DNA of 32,000 bases. Source: Aeropyrum pernix K1 (GTDB lineage: Archaea > Thermoproteota > Thermoprotei_A > Sulfolobales > Acidilobaceae). Both the position numbers and the translations under genes were made by a program. The stretch spans positions 1,620,001 through 1,652,000 of the forward strand of contig NC_000854.2 of the NCBI RefSeq assembly GCF_000011125.1, written 5' to 3'. This document shows, in pieces, positions 27,289 to 32,000 of the stretch. The notes below the pieces were generated by a model. It did not search any database, was not told the DNA's origin, and saw only the letters and a list, made by a program, of their open reading frames with translations. Numbering within the stretch: position 1 is the first letter of the stretch; every line of letters begins with the position of its first letter.

Positions 27289-28777
27289 CCATGAGCACCC
27301 CCAGCTTCTCAGGAGTAGCCTGACTCCTTTCGAGAACACCTGTGACTCGTCCTCCAGACATCACGTATATCCTGTCGCTCAGCTCTAGGATCTCGTCCAG
27401 GTCTGTTGACACAAGCAGTATTCCGGCTCCCTGCCTCGCAAGCTCCGAGAGGAGGTTGCGGACGAAGGATGTTGTGGCGATGTCTAACCCCTGTGTCGGG
27501 TTAACCGCCACCAGTAGCTTGAACCCCCTGAGGACCTCGGACCCCACAATAACTTTCTGCTGGTTACCGCCGCTCAGCCTGCCCACGGGAGTCCATGGGC
27601 TCCTAGCCACCAGCCTAAACCTCTCGACGAGCCTCCTAAAGAGGTCCTCTAGCCTGCTCCTCCTCAAGAGGAGGGTTTTGGAGGCTGTGTAGTAGAGGAA
27701 TGCGATGTTTTCAGCCACACTATAGTCCATTGCGAGGACCTTCCCCCTGTCACCAGCTATATAGCCGCCTCCGGCCCTGTAGAAGTCGAGGCTACCCTCG
27801 ATTCTCCTCCCCTGAACCTCTATGCTACCCCTAACCGGCCTGCGGAGGCCTATTATAGCGTCTACTAGCTCTTCCTGTCCATTACCCGCAACGCCAGCGA
27901 TCCCCACGATCTCGCCTTCCCTAACCTCTAAGCTTACCTCCCTAACCCGCTCGACACCATCAACAACTACGCTAACCCCCCTTACGCTTAGAAGCTCGCG
28001 CCCCACCTTGCCCGGAGGCCTAGGGGTCGGTGGGGGAAGGGTGCCGACCATTAGCCTCGCCAGCTCTTCCTCACTCGTTCTCCCGACATCCTCAATAACC
28101 GCCGAGACCCTACCCCTTCTGAGGACTGTAACCCTATCAGCTACCCTCACGACCTCGCCCAGCTTGTGAGTGATGTAGACCACGCTGACCCCCATGTCCT
28201 TGAGCAGCCTCAGGGTTGAGAACAGTTTCTCCGCCTCGAGGGGTGTAAGGTTGCTGGTGGGCTCATCAAGTATGAGAACCTTCGCGCCTCCACTCAAGGC
28301 TTTTATAATCTCGACACGCTGTCTCGCACCCATGGGGAGATCCGCGACGGTCTTTGCTAGGTCAATCTCGAGCCCAAGCCTCTCAGCAGTCTCTAACGTC
28401 CTCCTCCGTGCCTCACTCCTCCCAAGGCCTAGGCTGGAGAGGTATATCGCTATATTCTCCTCAACCGTCATACTCTCGACTAGCCTGAACTGCTGGTAAA
28501 CCATGGCTATGCCATTCCTTATAGCATCCCACGGGCCCCTCCAGGAGACCTTCCGGCCCCAAACATAAATCTCCCCCATTGTGGGCTTGATCTCGCCGTA
28601 GAGTATCCTCATCAACGTGGTCTTGCCCGCCCCGTTCTCGCCGAGAAGAGCGTGGACCTCACCAGCCCTAAGGGTAAAGTCGACGTTGTCTAGAGCCTTT
28701 ACGCCGTCCGGGTAAACCTTTACTATGCCTCTCATAGCAACGGCGTGGCCAGCGTTACCAGAAGCGTTTTCACCCAT
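27281..28777 (-). CDS. Duplicated-domain ABC ATPase of a BMP/nucleoside-type importer
   Basis: Two ABC cassettes: LLGENGAGKTTLM and GVAGNGQEELV Walker A regions; LPMGARQRVEIIKAL and LSGGNQQKVIVGSEV signatures; ILDEPTSNL and VAVNPTQGLD. Confidence 0.92.
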   Translation of the reverse strand: MGENASGNAGHAVAMRGIVKVYPDGVKALDNVDFTLRAGEVHALLGENGAGKTTLMRILYGEIKPTMGEIYVWGRKVSWRGPWDAIRNGIAMVYQQFRLVESMTVEENIAIYLSSLGLGRSEARRRTLETAERLGLEIDLAKTVADLPMGARQRVEIIKALSGGAKVLILDEPTSNLTPLEAEKLFSTLRLLKDMGVSVVYITHKLGEVVRVADRVTVLRRGRVSAVIEDVGRTSEEELARLMVGTLPPPTPRPPGKVGRELLSVRGVSVVVDGVERVREVSLEVREGEIVGIAGVAGNGQEELVDAIIGLRRPVRGSIEVQGRRIEGSLDFYRAGGGYIAGDRGKVLAMDYSVAENIAFLYYTASKTLLLRRSRLEDLFRRLVERFRLVARSPWTPVGRLSGGNQQKVIVGSEVLRGFKLLVAVNPTQGLDIATTSFVRNLLSELARQGAGILLVSTDLDEILELSDRIYVMSGGRVTGVLERSQATPEKLGVLMGA

Positions 28778-28890
28778 AACGTAGCCACCCGTAAAGGTCT
28801 CAATCCTTGGTGCCCTGTCTCACCCAACATTATTTTGGATAACATTGCCCCAGCTCCGGCCAACAAGTACTCATAGCTTCCGGTTGCGAT

Positions 28891-28920
28891 AAAAAGAGTG
28901 TGAGCGGCTGGCCGCACTCG
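28891..28920 (-). terminator. Hairpin plus T5 between substrate-binding and ATPase genes
   Basis: Minus strand GAGTGCGGCCAGCCGCTCACACTC-TTTTT: GCGG/CCGC stem with outer GAGT/ACTC pairing (bulged), followed by five T. Confidence 0.4.
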
Positions 28921-28922
28921 GC

Positions 28923-30335
28923 CTAAGACTCAAGAGCCGCCTCAAGGTTTCCGGCCTTTAGCTCCTCTATTATACTGTCGTAGGTGTCGTGGTCTTGCGG
29001 TGTTACGAACTTTATCTCTCCACTGATAATCTTCTGCTTCAGCTCTTCCACGAGCCTCCAACCATCGTTACTAATCCACTTCTCCCTCTGGGACATAACT
29101 ATCTCAACCACCTTCTCCGGCGTTAAGCCCTCAGGAAGCTGGCCGGTCTCTGCCGCTATCTCTGCGAAGTACCTTATGATCTCCTCGTCACTTAGCCCCA
29201 GGCCGCCCTCCTTGAGGCCCAGGCTTACGATGCCGCCCCTGAACCTTCCTTCTACAACATCCTTTATTGCAGTATAGACCGCCACGTCAACCCTCTTCAA
29301 ACCACTAATGATTATAGTTTGAGGGTCGTACCACTCCTGGCTAGCGTCCTGGCCTATGCTGAAGGCTATAACCCCTCTCGCTGCCGCCTCTTTGACCGCG
29401 TTGAACATACCCACGTGAGTGAGCCCGGCTACCCCGTAGAAGACCCTAACTCCCTGCTGGAGCATCTGCTCCGCTGTAGTCTTGCCTAGCGTTGGATCGT
29501 CGAACCTGCCTGTATACGTCCACACCATCTCGACGTCTGTACCCATGGCCTGGTTATAATACTGGACTCCGTAGAGGTAGCCGATGTGGAATCTCCAGAG
29601 CGGAGGTATGTCCATCCCCGCCACAGCCCCCGCTTTAGCCTCCTCGCCCGTCGCCTTAGAGATGTTGTTGGCTATGTCGGCCGCGATAATGCCAACAAGG
29701 CTTGCCACCTCCTGCTCCCTGAAAAGGTAGCTTGCCACGTTATCGTATCTCTCCCTGGTGGCGGCGTCTATCAAAGCGTACTTCTGCTCCGGATATCTAG
29801 GCGCTACCTTTTCGAGCGGCTCCTGCCACAGGAAGCCTACGAGAACGATTAGATCGTACTCGCCACTCCTACTCGCAGCATCTAGTACACTCTCCATGAC
29901 TGCCAGGCTCTGGGGCGTCTGGAAAACCACGTCCACGCCGAGCTCCTCAGCAGCCCTATCAGCTCCAAGCGCAGCCATGTCGTTGAAGCTGAGATCGCCC
30001 CTTCCGCCGACGTCAAACAATACCAACACGCTAATAGGCCTAGCCTGCTCGGTAGTCGCCACGGAAGTCGTAGTCTCGTAAGCGGCTGGCGTTGTGGTCT
30101 CCTCGCCTGTAGCCTGGGGCGGTGTAGTTGTACCAGTGGCCTCTCCTCCTACAGGCGCCTCCCCTCCCCCTCTAGATGTTATGACGAAAGCTGCAGCAGC
30201 TAGGATCAACAGAACAAAAACAGCACCGACAGCAATGAGGAGCCTTGAGTTGCTGGCTATCGCCAAGGCTCTCAATCCACATTGGCATGCGGGGCATATG
30301 GGGCCTAAAATAGTGGGAGGGAGGATATTTAACAT
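28923..30335 (-). CDS. BMP-family substrate-binding protein of an ABC importer
   Basis: N-terminal hydrophobic anchor LLIAVGAVFVLLILAAAAFVI, Thr-rich linker, BMP-type LVLFDVGGRGDLSFNDMAALGADRAAEELG; precedes ATPase and permeases. Exact start uncertain. Confidence 0.85.
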   Translation of the reverse strand: MLNILPPTILGPICPACQCGLRALAIASNSRLLIAVGAVFVLLILAAAAFVITSRGGGEAPVGGEATGTTTPPQATGEETTTPAAYETTTSVATTEQARPISVLVLFDVGGRGDLSFNDMAALGADRAAEELGVDVVFQTPQSLAVMESVLDAASRSGEYDLIVLVGFLWQEPLEKVAPRYPEQKYALIDAATRERYDNVASYLFREQEVASLVGIIAADIANNISKATGEEAKAGAVAGMDIPPLWRFHIGYLYGVQYYNQAMGTDVEMVWTYTGRFDDPTLGKTTAEQMLQQGVRVFYGVAGLTHVGMFNAVKEAAARGVIAFSIGQDASQEWYDPQTIIISGLKRVDVAVYTAIKDVVEGRFRGGIVSLGLKEGGLGLSDEEIIRYFAEIAAETGQLPEGLTPEKVVEIVMSQREKWISNDGWRLVEELKQKIISGEIKFVTPQDHDTYDSIIEELKAGNLEAALES

Positions 30336-30462
30336 GGAACGCCAAACCTATTTGCAACTACTAATGAAAAAGGAGTTGCACAGGAATCAAAGTTTCTCCC
30401 CGGCACTCCATAACTTCTCATAACTCCTACGGCACTACCACTGGAGATCTGAGCCGCGACCT

Positions 30463-30720
30463 CTATACAGCCAGCCGTATTCTCACATAGTAGACTTTCT
30501 CGCCGTCTCTCCGACCCGCCTCGAGGACCTCGAAACCCATATCCTCTGCTATTCTCTGGACAGCCAGCCACGTGTCTGGATCCCTCATCACCACCTCATA
30601 GACCTCGCCTGGCCTCGCAAGCTGGGCTACGTAGGTTTCGAACGCCTCGATCTTGGGCATCCCGCACTTGTCCTCGATCTTTCTGAAGTCTATGATCCTT
30701 ATGTCGAACTCTTCAGTCAG
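30463..30720 (-). CDS. TusA/SirA-like small sulfur-carrier-type protein, N-terminally extended by a candidate CTG start
   Basis: Extended frame: LTEEFDIRIIDFRKIEDKCGMPKIEAFETYVAQLARPGEVYEVVMRDPDTWLAVQRIAEDMGFEVLEAGRRDGEKVYYVRIRLAV. It matches the TusA pattern (beta strand, CxxP, helix, GEVYEV, DP, ..). The track ORF 30463-30660 begins after the Cys. Confidence 0.65.
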   Translation of the reverse strand: MTEEFDIRIIDFRKIEDKCGMPKIEAFETYVAQLARPGEVYEVVMRDPDTWLAVQRIAEDMGFEVLEAGRRDGEKVYYVRIRLAV

Positions 30721-31586
30721 GGTTCGTCCCCCTTCTTAACGGGAGCCCTGACCATGTTGCCCCACTCGCTCCAAGACCCGTCATACACTGCGACGTTGGG
30801 ATAGCCCAGCAGCTCTTTGAGAACGAACCATGTGTGTGAGGCTCTCTCGCCTATGCGGCAGTACACTATAACCTCCTTATCCGGTGTTACACCTCTATCC
30901 TCGTAGAGGCTCCTCAGCTCCTCAGGCGATTTGAAGCTCCCGTCATCTCTCACTGCCTGTTTCCAGGGTATGTTTAGGGCCCCGGGTATGTGGCCTCCCC
31001 TCTGGGCCTGCTCCTCAGGATACTCTGGCGGTGCCGTAATATCTCCCCGGTACTCCTCGGGGCTCCTAACGTCAACTAGCACCGTGTTGGGATCGTTCAA
31101 CTTACGAAGGATGTCAAGGAAGAAAACGCGGTATCTGCTGTCGACCGTAACTACTCTATATCTACTCTCCCTCTCGGCACGCGGCGGCTCTCTGGTAGCG
31201 GGTCTTGACATCGGCTTCCCAAGGGCTATCCACTTACTCCTACCCCCGTCTAGGAGGCTTACCCTCTGGTGCCCGTACATCTTGAAGACCCAGTAGGCGA
31301 AAGCCGCGAACCAGTTGTTGTAGTCCCCATAGAGTATGACGTGGTCCCCATTCTCTACGCCAAGCCTCGACATCAGCCTCTCGAAGCCCTCTGGGTCGAT
31401 AATGTCTCTCTCCGGGTATTTGTTGAGATCCCTCTTCCAGTCTATGAGGAGTGCTCCGGGAATGTGACCTATGAAGTAAGCTGTAGCCGGGTCGTAGTCG
31501 ACCTCGATAACCTTGACATCACTCCTCTTGATATTGGCCTCGAGCCACTCAATACTAACCAGGGGGCCCGGATAGTCGGCTCCCAA
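30717..31586 (-). CDS. Tandem-domain thiosulfate/3-mercaptopyruvate sulfurtransferase (rhodanese)
   Basis: YDPATAYFIGHIPGALLIDW, VILYGDYNNWFAAFAYW, LVDVRSPEEYRGD, HIPGALNIPW, VIVYCRIGERASHTWFVL active-site loop, VYDGSWSEWG. Confidence 0.92.
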   Translation of the reverse strand: MGADYPGPLVSIEWLEANIKRSDVKVIEVDYDPATAYFIGHIPGALLIDWKRDLNKYPERDIIDPEGFERLMSRLGVENGDHVILYGDYNNWFAAFAYWVFKMYGHQRVSLLDGGRSKWIALGKPMSRPATREPPRAERESRYRVVTVDSRYRVFFLDILRKLNDPNTVLVDVRSPEEYRGDITAPPEYPEEQAQRGGHIPGALNIPWKQAVRDDGSFKSPEELRSLYEDRGVTPDKEVIVYCRIGERASHTWFVLKELLGYPNVAVYDGSWSEWGNMVRAPVKKGDEP

Positions 31587-31799
31587 CTTTATTCACCATT
31601 AACACTGTTAAAGAGCTGGGTGTATATCGATTCTAAGGAGTTTTGGAAAAATCAAAACTCTCCCGGCCACTTTTGAGCAGGAGAGGCTGCTTAAAGTAGC
31701 TGCTTAAAATAAACCGCACTTGCAGAATAACTGCTATGTTTGGCCAGCTACCTATATACCACTCTTGCGCCACTCTTCGATTTTATCCGCGGTCTCGAC

Positions 31800-32000
31800 C
31801 TACTGTCCGTGGGGTGAAGGTGCTGGGAGCTTGGCCACGGCGTCCACGTCTATTATGCCTCTGTATGCTTCCCTGTATATCGGGCTCTCCAGAATCCTCT
31901 TGATATACCTCCTCCTATCGTACTTCTCGCCCGGGTTGAACCCTTTTATCCTTAGGTTCTTGGCCTTAGCGAAGCGCTTCTGCACGTTATCCCTGTAGAT
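31800..32000 (-). CDS. C-terminal portion of an unidentified protein, 5' end beyond window
   Basis: Frame open to the window edge: IYRDNVQKRFAKAKNLRIKGFNPGEKYDRRRYIKRILESPIYREAYRGIIDVDAVAKLPAPSPHGQ-TAG. Confidence 0.5.
   Translation of the reverse strand: MYRDNVQKRFAKAKNLRIKGFNPGEKYDRRRYIKRILESPIYREAYRGIIDVDAVAKLPAPSPHGQ

Noticed and set aside
27289-27339. Upstream ATG start for the ABC permease giving a 59-nt overlap with the ATPase gene
   Set aside because: A GTG at 27288 gives an 8-nt overlap and a normal permease N-terminus (VPRLPVAISLGD). The long overlap is probably an ORF-caller artefact.
30329-30571. 80-aa minus-strand ORF overlapping the TusA-like gene
   Set aside because: Out of frame with the TusA-like motifs; Gly/Arg-rich composition with no recognisable domain.
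1-32000. CRISPR arrays, transposases or integrases
   Set aside because: No regularly spaced ~24-37-bp repeats and no recognisable mobile-element protein among the ORFs.

Overview
This is a gene-dense, high-GC archaeal window. Frequent GTG/TTG starts, GGAGG-type Shine-Dalgarno sequences and the family content suggest a hyperthermophilic crenarchaeon, probably Aeropyrum-like (inference). It contains: (1) a divergent tryptophan locus (trpA-trpB2-trpF on minus, trpD-trpE-trpG on plus; no trpC seen here); (2) a metal/redox island at ~9.1-14.8 kb and below, with an arsenite-oxidase-like molybdopterin/Rieske pair (aioBA-like), a Lrp/AsnC-TRASH regulator, a Cys-Cys polytopic membrane protein, an exported thioredoxin-like protein, a NikR-like regulator and a divergent P1B-type ATPase with a CPS motif; (3) an aminotransferase, a radical SAM protein and a DrrAB-like ABC exporter; (4) a flavin-reductase-like protein, a degenerate lipoate-ligase-like protein, a GltP-type symporter and an MBL-fold hydrolase; (5) a BMP/nucleoside-type ABC importer; (6) a tandem rhodanese followed by a TusA-like protein whose N-terminus seems to need a CTG start. 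Several regulatory candidates are visible, most notably a 4x ATATTAAC iteron array upstream of the aioBA-like genes. No CRISPR array, rRNA, tRNA or obvious transposon was recognised. The most interesting possibility is that the TRASH regulator, CC-membrane protein, thioredoxin and aio-like oxidoreductase form one regulated extracytoplasmic metalloid/metal redox module with non-canonical metal-site residues. No claim of a proven new system is made.
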